Shown here one piece after another: positions 1-8,691 of a stretch of 64,000 bases of DNA; position 1 is the first letter of the stretch, and each line of letters starts with the position of its first letter. Below the pieces are notes generated by a model that had not been told where the DNA came from, made no database searches, and saw only the letters and a list, made by a program, of their open reading frames with translations. The DNA lies in contig JASGJH010000001.1 of NCBI GenBank assembly GCA_047601445.1, positions 2,976,001 to 3,040,000 on the forward strand, written 5' to 3'. Position numbers and translations under genes: made by a program. The DNA comes from Myxococcales bacterium (GTDB lineage Bacteria > Myxococcota_A > Polyangia > Polyangiales > DASUME01).

Positions 1-1293
1 CGACGGGAGCGCCTGCGGCGCAGCGTGGCTCGCCGGTGTGGGCAATGCTGGAACTTCCGGGACCGCCCGGACCGTCGACTCCTCCGCGAGCTGCTCGTTG
101 CGTGCGAGTCGCTCGATGATCTCGGGGCTCGTATCCAGTCGAGGAGCATCGCTCTGGCCCTCGGGAAACAGGTTGGCCATCAGCGCAGCCACGTGGCGAT
201 TGCTGACGACCTCCTGGGAGTGCGCCAGGAAACCCTCGAGCGCCTCCTGCAACTCGCCTGCGCTTTGAAAGCGCGCCGCCGGCTCGCGCGCGAGCGCCTT
301 CTGTACGATGTCGTCGAGCTCGCCGGGTACGTCCGCGCGCAGCTTGCTCAAACTCGGGATCGGCTCCTTGAGCAGCGCCTTCAAAGTGGCGGTCAGGTTA
401 TCGCGCCGAAAGAGTCGCGTACCACTGAGCATCTCGAACAGACATACGCCGAGGGCGAACACATCGACGCGCGCGTCGAGCGGCTTCTGCAGCACCTGCT
501 CGGGCGCCATGTAGCCCATCTTGCCCTTGATCATGTCGGAACGAGAGTCGGCCTGCGGATCCGAGACCTGAGCTACCCCGAAGTCCAGCAGCTTCACGGC
601 GCCGTCGTGGCGCAGCATGACGTTCTGGGGCGTGACGTCCAGGTGCACCACGTTGAGCGGGCGGCGTCGCGCGTCACGGGCCGTGTGAGCGTATTCGAGC
701 GCTCCCGCTACCTGGGCCGCGATGCCAGCAGCCAGCACCGGCGAGAGCTTGATCTTCTTTCTCTCGAGCTGAGCGGCCACGTCGCGCAGCGACACACCGT
801 CGATGTACTCCATCGCGATGTAGAAGTCCGTCTGCCACTTTCCGAACTCGTACACGTGACAGATGTTGGGATGCACGAGCAGGGAGGCCGTGCGCCCTTC
901 ACGCAGGAACAGCTCCTCGAAGTAGCGCTCGTCGGCTTCATTCGTGGCCTGACGACGCAGGAGCTTGAGCACGGTGTGGCGCACGGTGCCGCTCTGCACG
1001 GTGTCGCGGCACAGGAAGATCTCTGCCATGCCGCCCACTGCGATGCGGCCCAGCACCTCGTAGCGCCCCAGCTTCGCGAGCGGCGGTGGCAGAGACAGTG
1101 AACGCCTGCCAGGCGCGTCCGATTCGGGCAGGCTCGGCTCGGGAAGCTCGGGCGCCGCGTTGTCGTTCGACGGCGCGAGCGCGACCGCCTCGCTGGGTAC
1201 GAGCGGAGGCCCCGGCACGCGCGCGCGCACGCCGCTGGCGCCCGTTGGACGCGAGGGTGCAAGGTCGCGCAGGTCGCGCGGCGATCGTTCCAT
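1..1293 (-). CDS. Ser/Thr protein kinase (Hanks type), 3' end runs off window
   Basis: Manual minus-strand translation from ATG 1293 gives LGRYEVLGRIAVGGMAEIF, VLK, HPNI, VVHLDVTPQN, KLLDFG, GKMGYMAPEQ, DVFALG. Absent from ORF track because there is no stop in the window. Confidence 0.9.
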   Translation of the reverse strand, partial: MERSPRDLRDLAPSRPTGASGVRARVPGPPLVPSEAVALAPSNDNAAPELPEPSLPESDAPGRRSLSLPPPLAKLGRYEVLGRIAVGGMAEIFLCRDTVQSGTVRHTVLKLLRRQATNEADERYFEELFLREGRTASLLVHPNICHVYEFGKWQTDFYIAMEYIDGVSLRDVAAQLERKKIKLSPVLAAGIAAQVAGALEYAHTARDARRRPLNVVHLDVTPQNVMLRHDGAVKLLDFGVAQVSDPQADSRSDMIKGKMGYMAPEQVLQKPLDARVDVFALGVCLFEMLSGTRLFRRDNLTATLKALLKEPIPSLSKLRADVPGELDDIVQKALAREPAARFQSAGELQEALEGFLAHSQEVVSNRHVAALMANLFPEGQSDAPRLDTSPEIIERLARNEQLAEESTVRAVPEVPALPTPASHAAPQALPS

Positions 1294-1460
1294 CCGCTGA
1301 GGGTACACGGATTCCTTGAGGCGCCGATCGCACGAATGAGGTCCTGCGAGTGTTTCTTACCGAACGGAATCGCAAGCGCGCCCACGCTCGCGCGTCAGTT
1401 CCTATGGTCGGCGCCCCACTCTCTCGCAGTCATGCACACATGACGGCCTGCACAGCGCCA

Positions 1461-2549
1461 CTAGCGCAGTTCGACGCCATGACCGGGGTCGCCAGCGAAG
1501 CTCAGCTCGGGTCCGCGCTCCGCATAGCCACCCGCGAATGGGTCGCTCGCGAGCAGAAAAGCCGTGTCGAGATCCACATAGTCGGCGCCGCCCAGCGCGC
1601 AGGCGAGATGTCCCATGCTCGCCATACCCAGACGCGTCTCCACCATGCCGCCGCACATCACACGCAAGCCGAGTTCCTGGGCCCGCTGGCCGATGCGCAG
1701 GGCCGCCATGAGTCCGCCGCTCTTGGCCAGCTTCAAGTTCACGCCCCCAGCCGCGCCAGCCGCGTATATGCGTTCGAGGTCCTCGAGGGTGCGCACGGAT
1801 TCGTCGGCCACCACGGGCACGGACGCGGCACGGCTCAGCGTCGCCATCCCGACCAAGTCATCGCGCGCGCACGGCTGCTCGAAGCACTCGAGGACGATGC
1901 CGGCGCGCTGGACGCGTTCGAGCAACCACAGGGCCTGATCGGCCGAGAACGCCGCGTTGGCGTCGAGCCGAAAGCGCGCGTCGCCGAGGGCCGAAGCGAT
2001 GTCCGTGAGGGCGCGTAAGTCCTGGTCGATCGCCTTGCCGATCTTCACCTTGAAGACGCGAAAGCCGTTGGCGTAGTGATGCCGCGCGAGCTCGAGCATG
2101 TGTGCGGGCTCCCCGATGGGAAGCGTGATGTCGGTGTAGAGCACGCGTGGTGGTGCACCCGTGAGGAAGCTGCACAAGGGCTGGCCGACCAGGCGCGCCC
2201 ACGCGTCGAGCAGGGCACATTCGAGCCCCGCGCGAGCCACGGGGCGTGACGCGAGGTCGCCCGTCTCGAGCTCCGTCGCGAGCTCTGCGCTGGTCGACCA
2301 GGCGCGCCCCACGAACGCTGGCACTGCGTCTTGTAGCGCTGCCAGCACATCGGGCTGGTCTTCCGCGGTGACCGGAGGTAGAGCGGCTGCTTCGCCGAGC
2401 CCGGTGGCCCGCGCACCTTGGGCGTTCGCGAGCGTCGCCCGCACCAGCACGGCGCGCGTGACGTCGATTCTACCCGTCGCGATCACGAAAGGTTCGAGCA
2501 GAGGCACACTCAGCGGTGTCACTTCGATCCGCTCGATGGTCACGCGCAT
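1461..2549 (-). CDS. Dipeptide epimerase (L-Ala-D/L-Glu epimerase-like), enolase superfamily
   Basis: GLGEA, FKVKIG, RLDAN, FEQP, VADES, NLKLAKSGG, DLD motifs. Confidence 0.88.
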   Translation of the reverse strand: MRVTIERIEVTPLSVPLLEPFVIATGRIDVTRAVLVRATLANAQGARATGLGEAAALPPVTAEDQPDVLAALQDAVPAFVGRAWSTSAELATELETGDLASRPVARAGLECALLDAWARLVGQPLCSFLTGAPPRVLYTDITLPIGEPAHMLELARHHYANGFRVFKVKIGKAIDQDLRALTDIASALGDARFRLDANAAFSADQALWLLERVQRAGIVLECFEQPCARDDLVGMATLSRAASVPVVADESVRTLEDLERIYAAGAAGGVNLKLAKSGGLMAALRIGQRAQELGLRVMCGGMVETRLGMASMGHLACALGGADYVDLDTAFLLASDPFAGGYAERGPELSFAGDPGHGVELR

Positions 2550-2709
2550 GACTGCGCATTATAGGCGCGCTGCGCCGCGCGCAGGAAGGGCGCGTAGGGG
2601 GGCTGTGCCGCCGCGCGCGCATGCGCTGGATGAGCAGAGCCCCGATTCCCCCGGCGGAGGTGGTGCCGGCGGTGACCATGACGACGGCGGCGAGGCAGGC
2701 TGGACACAT
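2470..2709 (-). CDS. Small MCPAC-start peptide with a hydrophobic segment (3' end overlaps epimerase start)
   Basis: MCPACLAAVVMVTAGTTSAGGIGALLIQRMRARR; AAGGAGG Shine-Dalgarno just upstream of the ATG. Confidence 0.55.
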   Translation of the reverse strand: MCPACLAAVVMVTAGTTSAGGIGALLIQRMRARRHSPPTRPSCARRSAPIMRSHARDHRADRSDTAECASARTFRDRDG

Positions 2710-2720
2710 GACGGGCCTCC

Positions 2721-2771
2721 TTACCGAGCACACGGGCGCGCGCTGACCAGTTGAAACGCAGTGTGGGTCAT
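2721..2771 (-). CDS. 16-aa micro-ORF or gene remnant (MTHTAFQLVSARPCAR)
   Basis: GGAAGGAG SD before the ATG; its TAA overlaps the SD of the MCPAC ORF. Confidence 0.35.
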   Translation of the reverse strand: MTHTAFQLVSARPCAR

Positions 2772-2913
2772 GACGTGTCTCCTTCCGCGGATGGTGAGCC
2801 GAGGTCTTCTCCAGGGATCTACGGCCACCCGAGGGATTGCGGGGAGTAACAAGTCCGGCGCGAACGGGGTCCACGCGTGGACACGCGCCCTGCTGGCGTC
2901 GATAATGGAGATG

Positions 2914-4131
2914 ATGGACACGCCGCTCGCCGCCGCCGCCCGCGCGCTCTCCGAAGGCGACCCACTGCGCGCGCTCAAGCACGTTGCATTGCGCGACGAC
3001 GCCCAGGCCGTGGCCATGCGCGCCACCGCACTGGCGCAGCTCGGCGAGTATCGAGAAGCCAGGGAACTCTTCAAGCGGGCCGCCAAGGGCTTCAGCCAGA
3101 ACCACGCCATCGCCCGTGCGCGCTGCGTGGTGGCGCTGGCCGAGGTCGCCCTGGCCATGCGAGAGCTCTCGGTGGCCGACGCGGGTCTCGGTCGCGCCAT
3201 CGAGGTGCTCGAGCGGCATGGTGACGCCGCCAACGCGCGCTACGCGCAGCTCCTCCACGCGCGCTACGCGCTGGCACTAGGGCACGTGGGGCTGGCGCAG
3301 GAGCGCCTCGCGGCCATCGAGGTCCCGAGCACCGCACACGTGCTGCGCGCCCTCACGGAGCTGACGCAGACCGAGGTGGCCGTGCGTCGGATGCAGCCCG
3401 CCGTCGCCAGGAAGGCCCTGGCCGCCGCTGGCCAGGCCGCGCTGCGCGCGCAGGTGCCGACGCTCATCGCAGAAGTGCGCACGGCCAAGCTCACGCTCGA
3501 GCGTCCGGTGGCGCGGCTCGTCGACGCGGGCAACAGCGAGCCGTTGGCGCTCGATCAGGTGGCGGAACTGCTGCAGGGGCCGCAGCTCGTGATCGACGCC
3601 TGCCGGCGCTGCGTGCGCCGCGGGGACCTACGCGTGTCCTACGCTACCCGCCCAGTTTTGTTCGCCCTGGTGCGGCAACTCGCAGAAGCCTCGCCCCGCG
3701 AAGTCAGCCGCGAAGCGCTGATCCGGGCGGCCTTCGGTATCCAGCGTCCCAACGACTCCCTGCGTGCGCGCCTGCGCGTCGCCGTGGGTCGCGTGCGCAA
3801 ACAGCTCGCCGAAGTGGCGAGCCTGGAGGCCACGCCGAGCGGCTTCGCGTTGCTGCCTCGTCAAAGCTCGCTGTGCGTCTTGCTTCCGCCCTCCGACGAC
3901 GCGACCTCGAGCCTGCTCGCGCTGGTCTCGGATGGCGAAGCCTGGTCCACCTCCGCGCTGGCGTTGGCGCTCGGGGCCAGCCAGCGCAGCGTACAGCGGG
4001 CCCTGGGCGCGCTGCGGGAATCAGGCAAGGTCGAGAGCGTTGGACACGGCAAGAATCGCCGCTGGCTCGCGCAGCCCATCCACCCGTTCGCGACACACAT
4101 GTTGCTCCCGCTGGCGTCGCCTCGTTCCTAG
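2914..4131 (+). CDS. Putative DNA-binding regulator: TPR-like N-terminus, OmpR-like winged helix, C-terminal HTH
   Basis: AAARALSEGDPLRALKHVALRDD N-terminus; VSREALI..LRVAVGRVRKQL; WSTSALALALGASQRSVQRAL. Confidence 0.75.
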   Translation: MDTPLAAAARALSEGDPLRALKHVALRDDAQAVAMRATALAQLGEYREARELFKRAAKGFSQNHAIARARCVVALAEVALAMRELSVADAGLGRAIEVLERHGDAANARYAQLLHARYALALGHVGLAQERLAAIEVPSTAHVLRALTELTQTEVAVRRMQPAVARKALAAAGQAALRAQVPTLIAEVRTAKLTLERPVARLVDAGNSEPLALDQVAELLQGPQLVIDACRRCVRRGDLRVSYATRPVLFALVRQLAEASPREVSREALIRAAFGIQRPNDSLRARLRVAVGRVRKQLAEVASLEATPSGFALLPRQSSLCVLLPPSDDATSSLLALVSDGEAWSTSALALALGASQRSVQRALGALRESGKVESVGHGKNRRWLAQPIHPFATHMLLPLASPRS

Positions 4132-4152
4132 TTTGGTGGCACCATTCATGGC

Positions 4153-4803
4153 ATGGCCAAGCACAAGCCCAGCGAGCCGGCCCAGGTGGTCCGCGAATAC
4201 GGTCCCTTCCGAGCCAACGAAGTCGTTCACGGCGTGAGCTTCGACGGGGAGCGCGTGTGGTTCGCCACGGGCAAGAAGCTGCGCGCGCTGGACCCTGCGC
4301 GCGGAGAGGTCACGCACGAACTCGATGCCGTGTGCGACGCAGGCACGGCGTTCGATGGCACGCACTTCTATCAGCTCGGTCAGGGCCGCATCCAAAAGCT
4401 CGACGCGCGCACGGGGGAGGTGATCGCCAGCTTTGCGTCCCCGGGCGAAGGCCGCGACGCAGGGCTGACCTGGGCCGAGGGCAAACTCTGGATCGGCAAG
4501 CACGACACTCGCAAGATCCATCAGATCGATCCGACCACGGGTGCCCTTCTGCGAACGCTCGAGTCCAACCGCTTCGTCACCGGCATTACCTGGGTCGATG
4601 GTGAGCTCTGGCACGGCACCCTGGAGCAAGGCGCGAGCGAACTGCGCCGCATCGATTCCCAGGGTGGCGAGGTGCTCGAGAGCCTCAGCATGCCCGCGGG
4701 GGTGCACGTCACGGGGCTCGAGTCCGATGGTGCCGATCTGTTCTACTGCGGCGGCGGCGAGAGCGGAAAGCTGCGCGCGGTGAAGCGCCCACGGAGTCGT
4801 TGA
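4153..4803 (+). CDS. Glutamine cyclotransferase-like beta-propeller protein
   Basis: Repeated G-x-(A/T/S)-(F/W)-xG blades (GVSFDG, GTAFDG, GLTWAEG, GITWVDG, GLESDG) and DPxTG turns; no signal peptide. Confidence 0.75.
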   Translation: MAKHKPSEPAQVVREYGPFRANEVVHGVSFDGERVWFATGKKLRALDPARGEVTHELDAVCDAGTAFDGTHFYQLGQGRIQKLDARTGEVIASFASPGEGRDAGLTWAEGKLWIGKHDTRKIHQIDPTTGALLRTLESNRFVTGITWVDGELWHGTLEQGASELRRIDSQGGEVLESLSMPAGVHVTGLESDGADLFYCGGGESGKLRAVKRPRSR

Positions 4804-5262
4804 TCACGAACGCGCGGCGCCGAGAGCACGGCGAACCAGCGGGAAGGGATAGTTCGCATAGCTGAACTTGCCGCAAATGAGACCCGCCTCGTCGAAGTGG
4901 AACACGTCGAGCCCCTCCCAGCCGAACTGCCTGCCCATGCCGAGACCGAGCAACGCATGCAGCACGCGCAGCTTGCCGAACGCTGGCTTGGCGGCACTCA
5001 AGTCATGGCGACAGGTCCAGCGGATGGTCATCTTGCGCGCGACCAGATCTTCGAAGCGGTCGTGCTCCTCGAAGTGCATTCGGCCGTAGGCGCCGCGGAA
5101 CTGGGGCTCGAAGGCCGCGCGAATCGCGCGCGGTCCGCGGTGCGCACTGCCATCACCGGGCAAATAGAGCGCGTCCGACGAGAAGAAGCCCATCACGGCG
5201 TCGAGATCGTTGCGGTTGAATGCGGCCACGAAGGCGTCGATGGTTTGCTGCTGCTGGTTCAT
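4804..5262 (-). CDS. SnoaL/NTF2-like protein
   Basis: FVAAFNRNDLDAVMGFFSSDA...G.RAIR; GLDVFHF. Confidence 0.8.
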   Translation of the reverse strand: MNQQQQTIDAFVAAFNRNDLDAVMGFFSSDALYLPGDGSAHRGPRAIRAAFEPQFRGAYGRMHFEEHDRFEDLVARKMTIRWTCRHDLSAAKPAFGKLRVLHALLGLGMGRQFGWEGLDVFHFDEAGLICGKFSYANYPFPLVRRALGAARS

Positions 5263-5407
5263 GGAGTCATCGCCTCAGAGCTCAAATCCGAATCCCTTGC
5301 AAAGTTGGACGCTCAAGCATGACTCGGCCACGGGAATTGCTTGCCTCACAGCGTGCTCGCGATGGAAGTTCGGGAGGCCGTCGTCCCGTCCGGCCTCGAG
5401 GTCGCAG

Positions 5408-6274
5408 ATGCTTTCCAAGCCCCATGCTCTCCTGTTGCTCCTTGCGACTGGGTGCGCGCAAGCCACCGACAACCACAAGCCCGGCTGGTCTGGACTCTAC
5501 GACGGCGGCGATGGCGATGGCGATGGCGATGGCGACGGAGATGGAGACGGAGACGGAGATGGAGACGGAGATGGCGATGCTCCAATCAAGCCCGTTCGAG
5601 ACGCCGGACGATCGCCCCCCGATGACGCCGGCGGTCCGGACGCGGGCAGCGACGCCGACTCGGGCCCGCCCTCACCTTGCGCCGATGGGGATCAGGATGG
5701 CGTGAGCGACTGCGTCGAGGCCGACGACGGCGACGACTGGACCGACCCCGCGGTGTTCAACGGCGTGCGCGTGCGCTGGCGCCAGCAGTGCAGCAACGTG
5801 GGCGCCTGCAGCGAGAACGACTCACGCAGCAAGGTCGAGGCGTGCATGACGGGGACCGTCCGCGAGGAGAAGGACCAATACGCCGGCTGGGACTGGGAGG
5901 ATCCGCCGGACGACCTGTGCAACGACAAGTACGGGTTTACCCCGGCATGGACGCAGTGCAGCACGGCCTGGCAGGCCCAGTGGCTGGGCTTCGTCCATCT
6001 AAAGGCCGCGGGCCACCACTGCTTCGCCATCGCAGGAGACACTGCGGAAGGGTGCGGCGCGTTGTTCTTCGACGCCGAGGACACCCCGGCCCAGAGCAAC
6101 GCGGCGGCTCGCTGCTACGACGTGCAGGCCGGCGTCTATCCCATCATGTGGCACTACACGATGGACAACGGCTCGCATTCCTCGTTGCACGTGCGCTACT
6201 GCTTCGACACCACCGCCGACTGCACGCCCACGACCGCGCTGCCCGCTTCGCTGCTGCGCGTCACCAAGCCCTAG
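5408..6274 (+). CDS. Lipoprotein with (GD)12 linker, Ca-binding-like DxDxDG loop and PA14-like C-terminal domain
   Basis: LLATG-C lipobox; DGDQDGVSD; WQAQWLGFV..GHHCF..GVYPI..Y..LPASLL resembles PA14. Confidence 0.65.
   Translation: MLSKPHALLLLLATGCAQATDNHKPGWSGLYDGGDGDGDGDGDGDGDGDGDGDGDGDAPIKPVRDAGRSPPDDAGGPDAGSDADSGPPSPCADGDQDGVSDCVEADDGDDWTDPAVFNGVRVRWRQQCSNVGACSENDSRSKVEACMTGTVREEKDQYAGWDWEDPPDDLCNDKYGFTPAWTQCSTAWQAQWLGFVHLKAAGHHCFAIAGDTAEGCGALFFDAEDTPAQSNAAARCYDVQAGVYPIMWHYTMDNGSHSSLHVRYCFDTTADCTPTTALPASLLRVTKP
5507..5578 (+). repeat. In-frame GGN-GAY hexamer repeat encoding (Gly-Asp)12
   Basis: 12 units with mixed synonymous codons. Confidence 0.9.
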
Positions 6275-6284
6275 AGCGGCGAGC

Positions 6285-7271
6285 TCACTCGCGCCAGAAC
6301 AGCTTCCAGGGCTTGTTCTTGAGGTCCTTCAAGAACTCCGAGAAGTCATCGTACATCTCGCCGTTCATCAGCAACTGGCCCACCGTGCCCTCGCCGCGCT
6401 TCATCTCGCCGAGCGCCTTGTTGGCGTCGTTGATGGCGACCTTGGAGCGATCGGCCACGCTGGCGACCGTATCGATGGTGGACTTGATCTTCACGCGCTC
6501 GGCTTCGCCGAACATGTCGTTTACGCTGGCACGCACTTCCTTCACGAGGGGCGTGGCCTCTTGCATCGTCTTGTCCACGCGGTTCACCAGGTTGCGGACC
6601 TTGGGGCCCTCGACGTAGTCCTCGCGCACGTCACGCACGAAGGTCACGGCGTTGCCTGACATGTCCTCCATCTTGCCGACGAAGGCGTCGAGCTTCCCGC
6701 CCTCATCGCCGATGGCCGTGTTGGCGCCCTTGATCATGTCGCCCGCACTGTGGAACAGGTCGGAGATCTCGTCCTTGTTCTCGCGCACGCCCGAGACCAT
6801 GGTGTCGAGCAGCTCGTATCCCATGGCCAGCGCCTGATCGAGGCGCGGCGGATCGATGCCCACCACCAAGCTGTCCGGCGCCAGCACGGGCTTGTCATCC
6901 GAGCCGGGATCGATGGCCAAGAAGGACTCGCCCAGGATGCCCGAGGACGTCACGTAGAAGCGCGCGTCCTGGTGGATGGACTGCTGGACGTCGTCGTTGA
7001 TGCGCACCTGCGCGCGCACGAGCGGGTGCTTGCCCGTCTTGGGTTCGAACTTGCCGCCCAGATAGTGCAGAGCCTGCACCGTGCCCGCGTCGACGCCGGC
7101 GATGCGCACCGCCGCACCGGGCTTGAGCGAGCCTGGATCGTCGAAGTCGACGTTTACCTGGTAGCCGCCCTTGAAATTGATGCCTCCCACGATGATCAGG
7201 AACCCTCCCATGATGACCGCAGCCACCAACAGAAGCAGGCTGACCCTGACCTCCAGCGAAAAGCCCTTCAA
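6285..7271 (-). CDS. MlaD/MCE family protein
   Basis: N-terminal TM helix; GSLKPGAAVRIAGVDAGTV; SSGILGESFLAIDPG; helical C-terminus ending PWKLFW; TTG start after GAGGAG. Confidence 0.85.
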   Translation of the reverse strand: MKGFSLEVRVSLLLLVAAVIMGGFLIIVGGINFKGGYQVNVDFDDPGSLKPGAAVRIAGVDAGTVQALHYLGGKFEPKTGKHPLVRAQVRINDDVQQSIHQDARFYVTSSGILGESFLAIDPGSDDKPVLAPDSLVVGIDPPRLDQALAMGYELLDTMVSGVRENKDEISDLFHSAGDMIKGANTAIGDEGGKLDAFVGKMEDMSGNAVTFVRDVREDYVEGPKVRNLVNRVDKTMQEATPLVKEVRASVNDMFGEAERVKIKSTIDTVASVADRSKVAINDANKALGEMKRGEGTVGQLLMNGEMYDDFSEFLKDLKNKPWKLFWRE

Positions 7272-7723
7272 GCAGCACCTCTCCTCTAAGTGATCCCGGT
7301 CAAGCCCCCGGGATGAGTGAACTATCCCTAGCGGCCTTCGCAAACTCCGTCCATCGGCTGCTTGTGCCCGCCAGTGAACGAAATCTTGACCCTTCGGCGC
7401 AGGCTATCGCACATGACCGCTTCCAAACCCAAGCGAAAATCTCGACTCTACGGGAAAACCGAAGCGAATCGCGGCGATAGCAGGGTCTCGCGGGAAAGCG
7501 CCCATGTCAGCGGCATGACAGCCGAGGCCCCCCTTCCCCCCGCGAGCGACGTGTCGCGTTCCCCGCGCGTCCCCCGGCGGCTGGCCCCGGTCGGCCTCGG
7601 CCTCGCCACCGCTTGTGAGCCAGTCCACGTAGACCCGTTCCCGGGAAGGAGGCGTTCGGTCCCGACACCAAGTCGCTCGGATTCGGTCACGTCTGCGTCA
7701 AGCGCGTCGGCTACGGCCCGGGT

Positions 7724-8488
7724 GTGAAGGTCGCTGCCCTGTTCGTCGCCGTGCTTTGCTATCTGGGTCCCACGCTTTCAGCCCGGGCCCATCCCGGACA
7801 CGCGGGCTCGGAGCGGCTCATCAAGCTCGACCTGGCGTCGGCTCCGGCCCGGATCGCCTATGGCCTGGTGCTGTCGGTGCAGGATGCCGCGCCACTCCGG
7901 CAGCGGGCCGACCAGAATGGCGACGGACAGGTGAGCGAGGCCGAGGGAGGCGCGCTGCAGGAAGCCCTGACGCGCGAGCTGTTGGCAAACCTTCGGCTGT
8001 GCCAGGGACCTGATCCAAGCGCGATGTCCTGTGCGAGCGCCGAGTCGAGCCAAGTGCTGAGCGCCGTCGCGACGGGCTGGCCCAAGCCCGAGGCGGCGCT
8101 GGCCTTGAGCTGGGAGGTGCAGCTCGAGCTGGCCGAAAACAGCGCGGCGATGCGCGTGGAAGACGCATGGAACCTGGTGGAGGTCGGCTCCACGTCGGGC
8201 CAAATCGAACCGAACCCGGAGCATGTCCTGGCGCGAGCGGGCGCTGAAGGCACGGGGCAGAGCGAGCCGGTGGCGCTCGAGGTGCTGTGGCCGGGCTCGA
8301 GTGTGGCGGATGCAGGGGCCCCGATTCGTCCCCCTGTGGCGCGCGTGTTGTTCGCGGTGTGGGTGGCACCGTCGATCTTCGGCTCCAGCTTGTCGGGACC
8401 CTGGTGGTTGCTGGGCGGGCTCGCATTCGGGGGCGGTGTGGCGACCGCGCTGTTCATGAACCGACGCCGCGACCCCAAGACGCCCTAG
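7724..8488 (+). CDS. Exported, C-terminally membrane-anchored protein with EF-hand-like loop
   Basis: Signal peptide ending ARA-HPGH; DQNGDGQVSEAE; C-terminal TM followed by NRRRD. Confidence 0.6.
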   Translation: MKVAALFVAVLCYLGPTLSARAHPGHAGSERLIKLDLASAPARIAYGLVLSVQDAAPLRQRADQNGDGQVSEAEGGALQEALTRELLANLRLCQGPDPSAMSCASAESSQVLSAVATGWPKPEAALALSWEVQLELAENSAAMRVEDAWNLVEVGSTSGQIEPNPEHVLARAGAEGTGQSEPVALEVLWPGSSVADAGAPIRPPVARVLFAVWVAPSIFGSSLSGPWWLLGGLAFGGGVATALFMNRRRDPKTP

Positions 8489-8691
8489 CTGCTCTCGATA
8501 ATCGCGCACGCCTCGTCGAAGGCACGCCCGTCGTCGCGCTGTCGCGGTTGCGGCACGACGCGCACGCAGTGCGCCTTCGAGCAAGCGAAGTGCAACTCAA
8601 ACGCTACCTCCTGTTCGAACGCAATTCGATACAACCCCGGCAGACCTCGGGGCCGTTGTGTGCGGACCCCTGAAAACTAGGGAGACAAGGC

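Noticed and set aside
25..1101. 358-aa plus-strand ORF and the many other long antisense or alternate-frame ORFs (e.g. 8677-10257, 13517-15589, 18347-20293, 52278-54188)
   Set aside because: Shadow ORFs typical of high-GC DNA; the opposite strand or frame carries recognisable protein motifs
2470..4803. RiPP cluster (MCPAC precursor plus cyclotransferase)
   Set aside because: No recognisable maturase, protease or exporter; the peptide looks membrane-anchored rather than leader-core
5507..5578. Phase-variable simple sequence repeat
   Set aside because: Unit is in-frame and synonymous codons are mixed, so slippage would not switch expression
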